Assembly: GCF_021028975.2 (NCBI RefSeq)
Contig: NC_059427.1
Coordinates: 124,806,001-124,870,000, forward strand
Source of the DNA: Sphaerodactylus townsendi
Taxonomy: Eukaryota
Direction: 5' to 3'
DNA: 64,000 nucleotides
In this document: positions 21,160 through 36,100 of the stretch, piece after piece
Layout of the letters: each line of letters opens with the position of its first letter
How positions within the stretch are numbered: the first letter of the stretch is position 1
Notes under the pieces: generated by a model
What the model was told of the DNA's origin: nothing
The model's database searches: none
Seen by the model: only the letters and a program-made list of their open reading frames with translations
Made by a program: the position numbers and the translations under genes

Positions 21160-24100
21160 TCACTTCTTGGGGATGAAAGAACTCAAGGGGGAGCCCTGAA
21201 CATAGGTCAAGATGGCGTTCTGAAGAAAACTGGCTCGCTGAGCTTCCTCTTCCCTGATCCTGGAAATCTCTGCCTCTCGAACTCTCAGCTTCTCCAGCAG
21301 GCTTGTGATTTCACTGTCTTTGTCCAGCAGTGCCTCCCGGTGATTACTGGACAGCGCTGCATGAGAAGGAAGGAAGTGTTAACATACTCAAACTTTCCGG
21401 TTCACACAAGGAAAAATGCTCTTGAGACTAAGCAAGTTCTATGGAGCAGCAACAGGTAACATGGCTTGCAGAAAACCAAACTGATTTGCAGCGATTATAC
21501 CATAGTCTAAAGCTAAAATGACATAGTGGAAAAGTCAGGATTTGGTCCCAACTGAGACAGATCGCTCATGTCCCCGCAAGATGCTGCTGGCCCCTCCTAC
21601 AGAACAGACAGTCAGTCATGCGGCTCCTTGTGGAAGTCCTACACGAGGTAACAAGCAGAAGAAGTCCTATTGTCTTCTTAGCACTGTAGGCTGGATGTGA
21701 CATTTGTCTGCATATGGTGAACTGCAGAGTTTCCCACCATTCCCATTCGAGCACCACACATGCCCATATCCTGAATCAAACATCCTCCCCCCACCCCACC
21801 ATACACCAACACTTCTGTTTTTCTTTTCTTAAAGTGCTCATCTTAGTTTGGGACACACACAGCCACAGGGGGTCCCCACCAAGCAGTCCCCTCATTTCTT
21901 CCTGGGTTGAGACTAGCATTCAGTCATCTCTCCCTCCTTTGGTCTCAGCCTGGTTGGGGGACCAAAATTGGAGGCAAAAGGTCCAAAAACCCAAAGTCCA
22001 ACTTTGAAGTAGGATAAGTTCTTCCCTTTTCAGTTACTGAGTTCAATTCAAGTACTGATTATTCCCATAAAGCCCTTAATGGTCTTTGAGCCACATAGCT
22101 ACGGAACTGCCTCTCCTGCTACGTTCCACCATGACTGCTGTGCTCATCAGATCAAAGCCTTATGAAGGCACTATTTGGCAAACAAGTAAGACTAACAGCC
22201 ACCAGTACAGATGCTTTCCCCATATTGTGGAATGGCCTGCCCAAAGAGTTTAGGATAGCCCCGCCGCACACGCACCTCTATCATTCCACAAACTGTAAAA
22301 CAGAATTGTCCAGAAGGGCACTTCTGTAAAAGGAATAAGGCTACGGTGTAACATAATGGAGGGTGCTTTTATGGAGAATAGGAACTTAGTCTATTCCACT
22401 GTATTATCTTACTGACACTGCATTTTTTTTACTTTAGTAACTCCAATTTTTGCATTATGACACATCTGATACTTTTTTTGGCATTATTTCTAATTTTTAA
22501 AATCCTTATCTTATTGCATTATTTGTCGGATGTTTCAAGGCAACTGACTGCACTGTCTTACACTACCTTGTATTTCAATGGGGAAGGTGGGCTATAAAGC
22601 AAACAAATGACAGCACTTGGAAAAGTGAGCATCAGAAAACAACAGGCTCCAAGGTCCTGCTTGATTGTATCCCTCTTGAAAGCAGAAGCATATCGTTCCT
22701 AACCAAGTACCTTTCAGTTGCCGCTCCAGGGCTGCAATTTTCTCTCGCAGCCCTTCCTGTGCTGTCCTCTCAGCTTCCAGGCGTCCAATCTGCTCTTGCA
22801 GCTCCACTCGCACCTTGTTAACCTCGGCTACCTTTTCCTGTTCCTTGCCGCTCAGTTCCTGCCACCCAAGTACACGGGGCAAAGCAATCAGAGAAGCCTA
22901 CAGTCTGAACATGAGAAGCTCCACGGCAAGGACACAACAACTGCCACAGATACTACCCAATGAATACACAAAGGTGGAGGTACAGAGAACTCAGTAATCA
23001 ATCAGATAGAAACTGCACCTAAATGTGAGAGCCAAAAGACTTCATATTACAAAAACAATAGCAATGAACTGAAAACAACATTTGTTAGAACTCAAAACAC
23101 AAGGAAGTGTTGTCGGCACTAACTATGCCTAATAAGCTAACATCCAAATAGGCTGTGAAACAAAAAAGAGAGGGAGATTTGTTATAGTGGTGGGTTGATT
23201 TGTAAGGCAAGACCATGTTTATTTTTTCTGTAGAAATGGATACACTTCATTGAGCAGGCACTCTACCTTGTGCTTACGCTCCAACCCTGTGAAGGTTTAT
23301 CAAGCAAGCTGCTTTTTACCAGCTTGGGAGGTGTCTTAGATGCTGTTTTTTTTTTAGAGGCAGTATAGCACTATTAAAAATTGGTTGTGTTTGGTTTTTG
23401 TTATGTTTATGAGTTCTCACAACATTATCCAATTGCATTCAATTCAAATTGTGAGTGTTTTTGATGCTTAGGTATGCTTTGATTATATTACTGTTGCTTT
23501 AAGCAGGGTAAGAGTTGTAATAGGAGAGAACGACCCCCTCTCTTTTTTGTTTAGCAGACTGTTTGGATGTTAGCTCATTAGGCACAGTTAATCCCAATAA
23601 CACTTATTTGTGTTTTGAGTTATAATAAATGTTCTTTTCAATTCATTACTATTGTTTTTGTATATATGCACTCTTTTGACTTTTAACATTTATGTTCAGT
23701 TTCTACCTGTTTGATGACATGAATATTACCCAGTCACCAAGGAAGGAATCCTAATTTTCCTAATTGGTGTTGCACTTCCTTCAGCTTTTACTGGTATATG
23801 CTATGTACAGTCCAATGAAATATAAGCACGGTAAACAGTTATAATGGGAAATTGATGAACAGAAACTATTTGTGTAGCCATAACACGGATACGTGGTAAA
23901 GTCCACGTGCATATTGGCATTACGGAGCTGATATGTAATTAGATGTGTACTCTATGTCACAAAATCTGGAACCCTGTACCAACCACTGTTGTTATGATGT
24001 GGGGGTTAGAGTGTAGGACTCAAACTGGGGATAACCAGATTAAAATCTTTGCTTAAATCAGTTACCATTTGTCAGTTTAATCTACGTTTCAGGGATGCTC

Positions 24101-27100
24101 TGAGGATAAAAGGGGTGAGAGGGAGAACTACAGACATTGCCTGGAAATTTTTGGAGGAAGGTTAAAAATGTTAAAGATATATATCAAATAAATGAACATG
24201 CCCCAATTAAAAGTGTTTCAAAAGTTGCTGGCTCTTATGACTGTATAGAGAATTTGAGGCACAGTCCAGGATACCAGTCAGAGAGGCTGCCTTTCTTGTC
24301 CTGGGATTTTAATTTATCTACACTGATCTTGCAAAAACCCCTCTCAACCCCAAAAGCTTATTTTTAGAATAGTACGATTAGCAGAAATTGTACGCATTTG
24401 AAAAGTGTCATCCATGTTGGCTTTATTGGCTTTAGAATGTGCACATTGTCCCCACACACACACACTTTCAAACATGATCTCCACTCACCTGTTGAAGGTC
24501 TTCTAGCCGCCTCTTGAGTCCTTCTACCTGCATGCTCAGCTGGCTCTCCCTTCCAAGTACCTCAGCCACAGCTTGTTTCTGCTGCAGGCAGTAATTCTGT
24601 GCCTCATCGCGGGACTGGGCCATCAGACGCAGCTTGTCCTCCAGGTGCTCCAATCGCTGTTGCTGTGAACAGCACAGAGGAAAAACACAGCCCAAACCCA
24701 CAAAGTTTGAACCTCTCTCAAACTAACATGAGCATCATGGACGTTTGTGATAGGAAGGTGAAGAAAGTTGCCTTTCTGGACTTGCTTACATTACATTTCA
24801 TGACATTTTGTTTCTCCTGCATCACAGCATATTTCCTGACCTCGAGCCACCATGAAGGTTTCAAGATTGTCTAAGTATTTGAATTTAGAAATGAGACCTA
24901 AAAGCTGTATTTTCAGAACACAGTAAACAGAACTGCATTTAAATACTAAGTATGGATATCGTTGCCATATAAATGTAGATGGTAGGAAGTAATGCAAGTT
25001 AATTTTCCTATACGAACCTGAATTTCTATGCTAGGAGCAAGATGGCTTGACCATATTAGACCCATACTGAAACGAGGGAACTGGCTACCAATTTAAGCAT
25101 AAGCATAAGCATAAGCATTTTATTGTCATTGTGCACGCACAACGAAATTTACAGCAGCATTCCTCGATGCACACAATTTCAGACTCATACATCATCATCC
25201 TCCACCCATCCCTACACAGCCCCAAATACATCAATATGAAGCAGCGGAGTTTAGCATAGCCACAGCTCTAGAGTAGAAGCTGTCTCTAAACCTCTTTGTC
25301 CTAGTTCTGAGGGCCCTGTATCGTCTGCCAGATGGTAGCAGTTTAAAAAGAGAGTGTGCTGGATGAGACGGGTCCCTCAGAATATTTTGGGCTTTATTTA
25401 GGCTTCGGGCATTATAGATTTCTTCCAAGGAGGGGAGAGGGCAGCCGATAATCCTTTGTGCAGTGGTGATCACCCTTTGGAGCGCCTTCCTATTCGCCAC
25501 TGTGCAACTGGAGAACCATACACAGATGCAGTAGGTTAGGACACTCTCTATAGCACAGCGGTAAAAGGACACCAGGAGTTTTCCATCCAGTTGCTGCTTC
25601 CTTAAAAGTCTCAGATAGTACAGTCTTTGCTGGGCTTTCTTAACCAACGCGGCAGTCTGTACTCCCCAGGTCAAATCCTCTTTAATCATAACGCCCAGAA
25701 ATTTAAAACTAGCCACCCGCTCCACTTGATCTCCATTTATAGTCAAGGGATGAATTTCTGAGGTATTCCTTCTATAGTCCACTATGAGCTCCTTTGTCTT
25801 GTTAGTGTTAAGAACCAGGTTATTTTCCCTGCACCATGAGAGCAGTCGGTCCACTTCATTCCGATAGGCAGACTCATCCCCTCCAGAGATGAGCCCCACC
25901 ACCGTTGTGTCATCAGCAAATTTGATAATGGTGTTACTATGATAGACAGGAGTACAATCATATGTATAAAGGGTGAACAGTAAAGGACTCAACACACAGC
26001 CCTGTGGCGTTCCCATATTTAGAGTAAGAACTGAGGAAACCCGATTTCCCAGTCTAACCCTCTGGGAACGTCCAGACAAGAAGTCCCTAATCCACAAACA
26101 GATTGAATTTGCTACAGACTTCAGTTTAAAGAGATGATTACTGCCTTTAAAGCACTTAACAAAGTGAGGTCCACAAAATTCATGAATGCCTCTTCCACTG
26201 TGGACCTGTGCATCCTCTTAGATCTGCCCCTAAATTACTGCAAATTGCCTGTCTTTGTGGCTGGCACCAAGGGCCTCTGTTAAGAAACAGGTGATATCAG
26301 TAGCTGCACTATCAGTCCATTTCCAAGGCTGTGTGCTAAAACCTCTTCCCTATTCACTCTTAGAAGAGCCTGTATGTTTGTTTCAGAGGAAATTTGGTAA
26401 AAATTCTTCAGTTGACATCAATTTTCATGACTGATGGTGTACTTATTAAACTACTCAGGATTACTGTATTAAAAGAAAGAGTTTATTTAGAGATTTATAT
26501 CTGGTTTTTTAAGTCTCATTGGTGTTTACTTTAATTCCTGATGATAGCTGCCTTCAGCCTTAATGGTGGGATTTGAGGATTTAAAAAAATGAATAAATCT
26601 CCCTGGAATATTGAGATATCAAAGTGAAATTTGGCACAGACATACAAGTCACAGTTCTGTGTTTCAGGTTCAACTACCAGTTCAATCTGCACATCCAATT
26701 TCAAAAGGAGGAGAACAGGACAAAGTCTGCCTTGAAGATGGAAATCTAGAAAGCGCTTGTGTGCGTTTTGAACATTCCATGTTCAAATTGGAGCTCGATC
26801 TCTCAAAGGGGTTTAGCAACATTGTTATGCAATATTTCCCTTGAGCACTGAGATATAATTCTGAAATCTGGAGCATATCTTTATGACATAATTGTCTACT
26901 TGAAGGTTGAACCACAGCTCAACCTGCATATCTACAGTTGAAAAAGCCAGGAAAGTATAAAATGCACATTAATGCAATATCGCCCTTGAATGCCAAGAAA
27001 TTTGGGAATGATGGCATAATTTTCCATTTTAACTTCAAACTACAGCTCGACTCTCAGGCCCACTTTTATGGAAGTGAAAGGGGGAGGACAGACAAAATAC

Positions 27101-30100
27101 ACTGCAACAGGATATCTGAAAAAAGGCCTTGCAAACAACAAGCTACACCAATCTATAGGAATGTTGCTATACTCCAAGGGCAGGACTACAGAATACAGAA
27201 AACACAGTGGAAGTCTCATGTTCTTTTATGTTGCACAATCTTCAGTCTTGCATTTTTAATGGATCTGCCATTTTAAATGTGGAGGAGGGTAGAGAAAAGT
27301 AAAATGTCAGCTCCATGTTGGAGTGACCCATTCTTTTCCCCATAACATGTAGTATGTCTAACCACACATCCCGTTGTCATTACATTTTGTGTTTTCTTGT
27401 CCCCACTCCGAATCATCACTTGCTAATAGTCTGGACAGGGAGATCCAGTTTGGTGCAGGGGTTACACGTTCAAATTAGGACAGGGGAGAGCTGATTTGAA
27501 ATCCTTGCTCTGCCATGAAGCTTGCAGCATGATCAGTGGGGTCTGTCACTCTCTTTTAGCCCACAGGGTTGTTGTGAGAATGGAATGCAGGACAGGAGAA
27601 CTAACTACATCATCATGGGTGCAGAAGGATTGATAGAAGAGTAGAAGGGTGTGATAGAAATGTACTACATGCCATGTAGTCAGGAAGCCATGTTGTAAGC
27701 TAGGGAGGGACAGGAGGGAATGCAGTGTATTTCTGGTGGGACCTCACCATTTCTTACAGGACATGCAATTCAGTCCAAGGTAACCAGTCTCTTTGAGCTT
27801 CCCAGCCACACTCACCTCTTCCAACCTGGTTTGGCTTTTGGCTTTGATGAGCTCCTCCTCAACCTGGCCCCGTTCCATGACTGCAGCAGCCTTCACTTGG
27901 CTCAATTCCTGGTGAAAACACAAGAAGATCATCTCATGGCAACTTCAGGCCTTAGAAAGGGAGCTTGCCAGAAAAGGAACTTCTTACCCAACAGACTGCA
28001 TTTAAATGCAGCATTTTAAAGAATATCAAAGCAAAAGAGAATGGGAAGTTAATGACTTGTTCAGTCGTGGCAGGAAACAGTTCACATCTCGTAAGCTAAG
28101 GCAGGACAGTTTGTTGCCAGCCGGAAAAAAAATAAGCCATGACATTTTAAAGTCCAAGCGCATGACAGTTCATCCCATGTGGAATGTTACTCTTCAGGCC
28201 TTGGTGCCATCCATAACTGTGGAAGGAGCAGAGGCATAGCTCCAAAGGGAAAGGGGGGTGACGGACTGGGCGCATGCCCCTGTAGGGGTGTGGTGAGGGC
28301 ATTCCTGGGCGTGGCAGGGGCGTGGAGCGCACCGGGCACTTTCCCCCCATGCTACGCATCTGGGAAGGAGCCAACAGGTAACCCTGGCAAGCTCTCCTGC
28401 TATTTGCTTCTGCTGAGTCTACAGAATATGTAGGATAATTTGCTTATATTGGCACACCTATGATTATGACTAAATAAGATGGGGAGTTAAGTAGCCAGCT
28501 GTAGAAGCCCCAGACATCTCACATAGTGGATGCTTAAAAGGATTCTGAACAAGACATAATCACACCTTTCTCTTCCACTCACCTCCTCCAGCCCTATGCG
28601 GATAGTTTCCAGCCTCTGGATTCGCTCCTGCAGAGAACGCTCAGTTGTCTCCAGGTGACGCATCATTTGATCTACCTGCATTTCGAACAGCTCAGCTCAG
28701 GAGAGTACCCAGCATCACCCACACACACAATCTTCTATAAACTGCCTCTCTCATCAGCAAATGGGAGTGACCTTAGCTCAAGCCAAAGATGAACGCAGGT
28801 CTACTTAGATCTTCGGGCAGAGAAAGGAGGGGAAAAAGAAAGAAAGGCCCAAGATTTAGCAGAGCAATACCAGTGGACCAGAGTTGATCTTCTGATGCAA
28901 GAGAAGGGTCTGGATTTGAAGGATGGTCCAGCAGTTGCCTCAGGAAACAGAGACTAATTAGGAAATTCCTCACAGGGGAGCACAATCTTCCCCCTGGTAC
29001 CCTGTTTCCCCGAATATAAGACATCCCCGGAAAATAAGACGTAGTAGAGGTTTTGCTGAAGTGCGAAATATAAGGCATCCCCCAAAAGTAAGACGTAGCA
29101 AAGTTTTTGTTTGGAAGCATGCCTGACAAATAGAATACAGAAATATACGACATCCCCTGAAAATAAGACATAGCGCATCTTTGGGAGCAAAAATTAATAT
29201 AAGACACTGTCTTATATTCGGGGAAACACGGTAGTAGGCAGCAGTGGGTACAACTATGAAAGTATAAATGCAGCAGGAAAATGGGGGCCATAATAGGGGA
29301 AATCATCAAAGATACCTTCCCTTCAAGCACCTTGCTGTCCCAAGGAGCTTCCTTGGGACAACCACTTCCTTCCCTTCAGAACAGAGAAAAAAGGCTGCAG
29401 CAAAGAAGGCAGAGGAAACACAGTCATCACAAATACAAGATTATGGAGGGACGGATCATCAAAATAGACTGAGACAGCTCTGCTTCTACCAGTTTATGCA
29501 CATGAAAATGGAACTGAACTGGAGCTTCCAAGTATGGTCCTTTCTTCTCCTGAGCTGCTTACAAGACAAGACAACCTTTAATGGCCCAGGGCCCCTGAGC
29601 TGTTTGAGACCCAACTAGTCCTCTCCTTACCTCCCTCAGTCGAAGGGACTCTGCATCCTCAAGGCCCTGCTTGAACCGCCTCTTCTCCATCTCCAAGCGC
29701 TCTGGGGATAAACAGAGAAGACCACTTATATGGCTCCAGCTGTGTGTTCTTTCCTTAGGCGATCCAGGCTCTGGCTTGCCTCTATTCATGTTCCAAAATC
29801 ATGCTCACCTTCAGCCTGCGCAGCCCGCAATTTCAGCTCTGCTGTTGTGTGGGTCAGGGTCTCCTTCACATGAAAAAGCTGCTCCTGCTGCCCTTTGTAT
29901 TTTCTTTCCAGTTCATCCACCTAGGTGGAAGAACCTCCCATGAAATGGAAGCCAGCCCAACATCTAAACAGGACAGTGAGCTGCACGGACATGGCATGGC
30001 ACAAGTTTTCTGGGACCAGGCCTGGGGTCGTGGGAAGCCCCCAGAGGAAGTCGCACAGAAAAGCACGATGGGAGGATGCTCAAGGCTACTTTCATACCTC

Positions 30101-33100
30101 ATTCCTGAGCAGGAGGTTTTTGTCATTGGCAGATGAAAGGTCACGTTGAAGCCTTGCTTCTCGATCTGCAGAATCCTACCAACCAAGCCAGTAGAAGAAA
30201 TTCACTCATCGGTTTCCTTTCTGTATCTCCCCCAACCTTTCTCCACATCTTAAGTGTTGGTCATGCATCACCTTCCATGTCACCGCTCAACCAGCTCCTT
30301 TCCCAACCAAAAGCTTCCATTCCTGGACCTTCATACGTTGCCACAGATCTGCTCACTGGCAACATCACCCCCAGATGACCGCAAGCCATTCATTTACAAA
30401 ATGTACATCTCACCTTTCTTCCCAATCAGGACCACCACACCTACCTTCTTGAGCTGCTGCAGCTCCTTGGCCTGGCTCTCCACCAGTCTTGCCTGCTCCT
30501 CTTGTGTTGTACTCAGCAACTCACCCAGACTATGGATCTTCTGCTCCGACATGGCCAGGGCTGCCTCAGTCATCTGGAGCCTGCAAAGCACCAAGTGTTG
30601 TGTGAGTCACTCTGACCAATCTAAACTTTGCTATCAAAAACCCTGAGCCTGCAGCTGCATCACCATTCTATAATCTGGGTGCATTTCAAGGTCACTTACA
30701 GCAGGTGCTTGACCTTTTCAGGAAGCATGCTCCACATCAAATCTCAAGTGTGCAACAGTACACATACAGCCTCCAGTGCCTTGGTGTGGTTTTGTCTATG
30801 GCCTACTAAGCTGAGCAGACAGCAATGCAACACAGGAGCAGCAAGCAGGCAGGAACACAGATCTGATTCCACACCAAAGCAAAACCCACAAATGCATCCC
30901 ATTCAGGAGTGCTCTGCCACCTCTGCTGTCTGTTGCACCCTGAACGCAAGTTGTCCAAGCATCTTGTTTGCATGAGCAGAATGGTAAGCAAGAGCAAACC
31001 TCTCCCTTCTCTTCTAAAGTTAGGTTACATTGTTGCAATCTCACAACTGTATATTCCAGCTCACACTGTGTTCCAGAGTGTCTGCACAAACATGCCATTT
31101 CCATTCTGCCTACAAGTTTTTTCCCCTGCTCACTCCCCTGCCCCTCCAATGCGTGCTCAGTCTGTCTCACAGAGATTTGTTCCTCCTTACTTTGCTTTAA
31201 GTGAGTTCAGCATAGAATGCCGTTCAGTCAGAGCTTCCTGCAGCTGCCCGACTCGTGTTGTTGATACCCTGCATGGAGAACAGAGGCAATATGCAGAGAT
31301 GGGACCACCCATAAAGTATGTCTCACATCAAGAGCAGGACAGGGAGAAGAATATCACACACACCTGTTGAAGCGGGTTATCTCCTCTCTCTGTCTGTCAA
31401 TGGTGTCCATCAGATCCAGGAACTGAGAAGCACAGGCATGAAATGAACACCGAGAGTTTGAAAGGTGAGCCACCAGTAGTCAGATCTATTCCAGCAGTGC
31501 ACTAGGACAATCTCCACATGGGTGAGAAATAATTTTCCAAGTCACAGCAGGAAAGTTCCTCCCAGAACTCCAGTAAAATGTGGAGAATACCTTTGTTTAC
31601 TAAGGTATTAAGTTTTTCTCTTGCCCTTCTTCCAGCAAAGGTCACATGGCTCTCTTGCACATTTTAACTTCACAACAACCCTTTGAAGAAGACTAGGTAA
31701 CGGCAGAATGGCTGGCCCAAGGTCACTGTGCCTTGTGGCTGAGCAGAGATTTCAACTTGGGTCTCCATGGTCCAAATCTCAGGCACCTTCCACTACAATG
31801 CATTGATCTGTTCCTTGGTGAAATGCACAGGCTTATCTAGGGAAAATGTAGCCCGGTGCAAAATCTGTCGTGCCCCCCACCCCACCCCCACATATGGGCA
31901 GTCACCCTCTCCCACCATGACCAAACAACTTTTTTTGCACCAGGTCTTGAAGTCAGTGTACGGACCCAGGGGGAAGGAGGAGGGGTGTGGGGGTGATTTT
32001 CCGCCCTTACGTGACTAAATGGCCGCAGCCCGGGGACATTTGACCCCATATGTCCCCCTGGAACTGAAATGTTTTATCAGTCAAAAAGACAAGAATGAAC
32101 TCCAAGACGCTGCAAATCAAGTGGTAAGCTCCGAAAGCATCTTGTTGTGTATGGGAAAACACAGGAGTCTTTCAGTTAAATAAGCTGGGGGGAGGAAAGT
32201 TTAAGGAACTAACTAGCTCAGTCCAGAACAAAGTGGTCTCTTTCTCAGTAAGCAGTTCAGCCTTTCTCCAGTTGCTAGCTAGTTTAAAGGAGATATAAAC
32301 AGAACCTGCTCCCCACCCGCAAATCCTATATGTCAGGATGGCTTCCTCTGACAGCTCATGAAAGATCACAAAGATCGCAAGGGATGCAACATTCACTCAA
32401 GCACTATGGTAAATAAATCCTACTAGCAGGAACACCTCAGTGATGCAAGCTATTTCTTGGTGCCATTTCTAGAAGAAGACAGGGCAGCTCCACCACTCTG
32501 CAGTGCTTTTCTTGCTACATCCTCAACAACTTTTGCCAGGCTGAGTACAGTCACAATAACTAACCTGTTTAGCTTTCTCTTCCTTCAAGCACAGCACCTC
32601 TTTACTGAGCACACGTGTCATGTTATGATTCTTGCAGAGGATGTTCTGACGCTCTTGATTGTGTTCCATAGCTTGATCTTGGTTGTAAAGAAGCAAAAAG
32701 TGAAATCCTTTCCGATAAGTTTCCTAAACTTCATGAGTCTGCAGTTTACCCAGACAGTTTACCCACCCATGGGAAACTTAACAGTTAACATTAGCATGGT
32801 CTCCAGGCACCAAAAAGAAAGAAAACTTTTGGACAAGATCCTAGTTTTGTATTCTATTTTATCTCAAGATTGATTGGATGGTGACCTTTTGCCCACACCC
32901 TTACTAATGACCTCAGATGAAGATAAGTGAATATGAGACAGCCTGGAATCCAGAACTCTTAACATTCAGGGGGTCGCTCACCCACAGCCTTCAGGATGTC
33001 ACTGGGTACATTGTTCCCTGCCAACTCAAGTTGTCGGAGAACCCGGTTGGTATGCAGGCAATTCAGGAGGGCACGTCCCCCGAGAAGCCCAATGGTATTC

Positions 33101-36100
33101 CAACGTAGATCTAGACAAGAAACAAAGTACCATACGTGGCAATCAGTCATACATTTGATTGCACTTTTCTCAACTTCTGGACACAGGAAATGGAAATCGA
33201 TCCTTTTCGGAGAAGTTAAATGTAAGTACATTTCATGGAAGTTCTTCATTTTAGAGATGAGGCAGCACACTAAAGCAATCCTATGTACACTTATCTGCGA
33301 TCACCTCCACTGAGTCAAGAAGCGTTCAATTAGTTTGCCCCTGAACTTGTTTCCAAGTGGTTTTATGTGACTATTATAGTGCAACTGCTTTATGCTTGAC
33401 TACATTGCAAGCTGCATTGAAGACCTTTGGCTGGAAATGTCGCCGATAAACATTCTAAATAAAATAAACAACTTGAGCCAATAAAGTTGGCCACAGGCTT
33501 GGTGTGTAGTTGCATATTTCTGTGCTTCACTTGCACTTACTTGGTGCAACTGACTAAGTTGAATCCTTCAGAATCACTTCAATACAGTGGAACCTCGGTT
33601 TTCGCCGGTAATCCGTCCGGCAACACTCGGCAAAAACTGAAACCGGTGAAAACCGAAGCTACACTGTTTGCGCATGCACTACGCAAACAGAGTAGCAAAT
33701 TTACACAAAAAGCGTCAATTTACGCAAATGGCGTAGCCGAAAACCGAGGCGCCCGGCAAAAACCGAGGCAAAAAAACGGCCAGGGGCAACCAGCAAAAAC
33801 TGAAACAGACGAAAACCGAAGGCTACGATTACCAAGGTTCCACTGTATTACCTGCAAAGAGACTGTGACTGCCCCATCACCTTGCTCAGTCCTTTACTGC
33901 TGCTCTGTGGCACTTGGTGGGTACAGATCATGAACTGTGGAATCGACTCAAGTCCTTACCAAGTTCCTGTAGACTGGAATTGTTTTTCAGAGCCATGGCG
34001 AGCTCGCCTGCCCCCTGGTGGTTGATCTGATTATTGCGCAGATCCAGGCATTGTAGAATACCATTTGCTCCAAGCCCTTCACAGAACAAGGCAAAACTTT
34101 CCTCCCAGATACCCAAGTTGTTCCATTCTAAAGTGAGGCTGTGGGAAGGAATCAAAATCAAAGACAAATTCAGACAGCGACTTCAGGACTCAAAACATAG
34201 CCAGGCCACAGCAGTAATCAAGGAGGGCCTGAGTCACCCCTCTGCCATGCCTGGATCTACAGATAAGGGTCCATTCTCTCCAGTTACCAACTACATTAAA
34301 ATAGATTATCAGAGGGAGACAAGGAAGCAACCAGGGATCCTGCCTGGATCCAGCCCCAGCTGAGAATCCCCCTTACTCTGGCTTCTAACTCCCAAACCAT
34401 CAGAGAGAGGACAGAAAGCAACAAGGAACCTCTCCATCTTTCATGGACTCAGCTTGCCTGAGAAACTGCCCCATCGTAAACTTTGTATTGAACTTTAATT
34501 ACCACTCTTATTACATTTTGATTCATGAGCCAATTTGCATCAGAAAAGCAGAAGCAGCAGCTCATGCGATAGGTTGTTTGTAGGATTCCAGCTCCTGCCA
34601 CTGAGGGAAGATGTGGTGACCGTCAATGGTGACAGAGGCAACAGAGTGTGGCACCAACAGGACCACGCAGACACACAGGTACTGAATAGACAAAAGAACC
34701 TGCGCTGGCTACTTTTGTCATCACCAGCACCATTCCCCTCAGCAGCTCCATCCCTGGCAAGCTGAACTCAAGGCCTCAGTGGCTCCCCCAACACTTTGTT
34801 ATACCCTCCAATTCAGACATAACTTTCACTTTAACGGCACAAGCCAAAATTTCCCAGCAAGCCACCAGGTGAGGAGCTGCTGTTGCAAAGTAGGATAAAA
34901 ACACCAGGAATAAATAATCAAGAACAGAACCCTGACTTTCCCTGTTCAGTGCACAAAACATTAAGATTCCTTCTCATCTTAGCAAACAGCAACAAATAAT
35001 ACCATTCCCATTTAGTGGCACTCTGACTCTCCCCATCACCCCCAGGGTCCAAAAAAGAGTCTCAGCTCTTCTGCCCATTTCCCAATCTTCTCACCTCCTG
35101 ATAGACTTGTTTTGTCTGAGCAGTTTGCCCAGGGCTTCAGCTCCCACAGCTCGCAGGTTATTGCCCTGAAAGAGACAGAGCCTAGTCAGTCACCCACTGC
35201 TTGGCTGCTTAAACAGGAATATCACCTACGCAGGAAGTTTCTTCTGTTGGCAGTCCAAGGAGAGGACTGGCAGTGGCCAAAGACCAAGGTTTGGCCTTAG
35301 AAAGGGCCAGGCCCAAATGCTTGGGGCAGAACAGACTCACCTTCAGGTCCAAGGATTTCACAACTGTGTTTGTGCAAAGTCCACAAAGTAGTAACTTAGC
35401 TCCTGAAAAGAAAAAAGGGTACATTCATTCCAACTCTGGCCTCTCATTCCCCACCCACTGATAATAGGCACCAGTTTGTAATGGCAGCATAGAGATGACC
35501 ACAAGCATTTCCTGTCCTTAAGGGAGTGACTGGCTACCAATCACCCTGACAGCAGAGAAGCCTGAGCTCCACATAGCTCATTTATAGGCCACTGAAGTCA
35601 ATGGGCTTAGAAGGCTATCACTGTGCTCAGGATTGCAGCGGGTGGGTGTTGCCACTGCCCCACATCCCCTCAAGGCAATGATAGGCCTACTACTACTACT
35701 AGACATCATACTCACAGTCCCTGAGGTTAGAAACTCATGCTGAAAGCTGGTTCTTGCACCCAGTGCTAAATTTCTCGCTCACATAGTGCAGCTGCAGAAC
35801 TGCAGAGTCTGTTCAGCTCTGCTAGACAGCACACGTTTTGAGCAGTGGGAGGGTTTTTCAGGGTTCCCATCTAATCTTCTCTGGGGCTTAGTACAATTGA
35901 TAGGATGAAGTTAACAGGATTTAAAATGCCACTCACACATCCATCATCATTCTGAATATTCATCAGGCCCTTTCCCTTTGTTGTCATTCCCATCTGCAAG
36001 AATGCTCAGCCATTTCTCCTGAGTCTTATATTGCACCTCATCATACTTCATTTTATTCTTTTCCGCAGCACAAGAAAGTATTCTTATAATCAGGCTTTAC

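Noticed and set aside
28773-29330. 185-aa ORF with repeated SYFxGMSYI
   Set aside because: Translation of internal repeats of the mariner-type MITE at 29000-29231.
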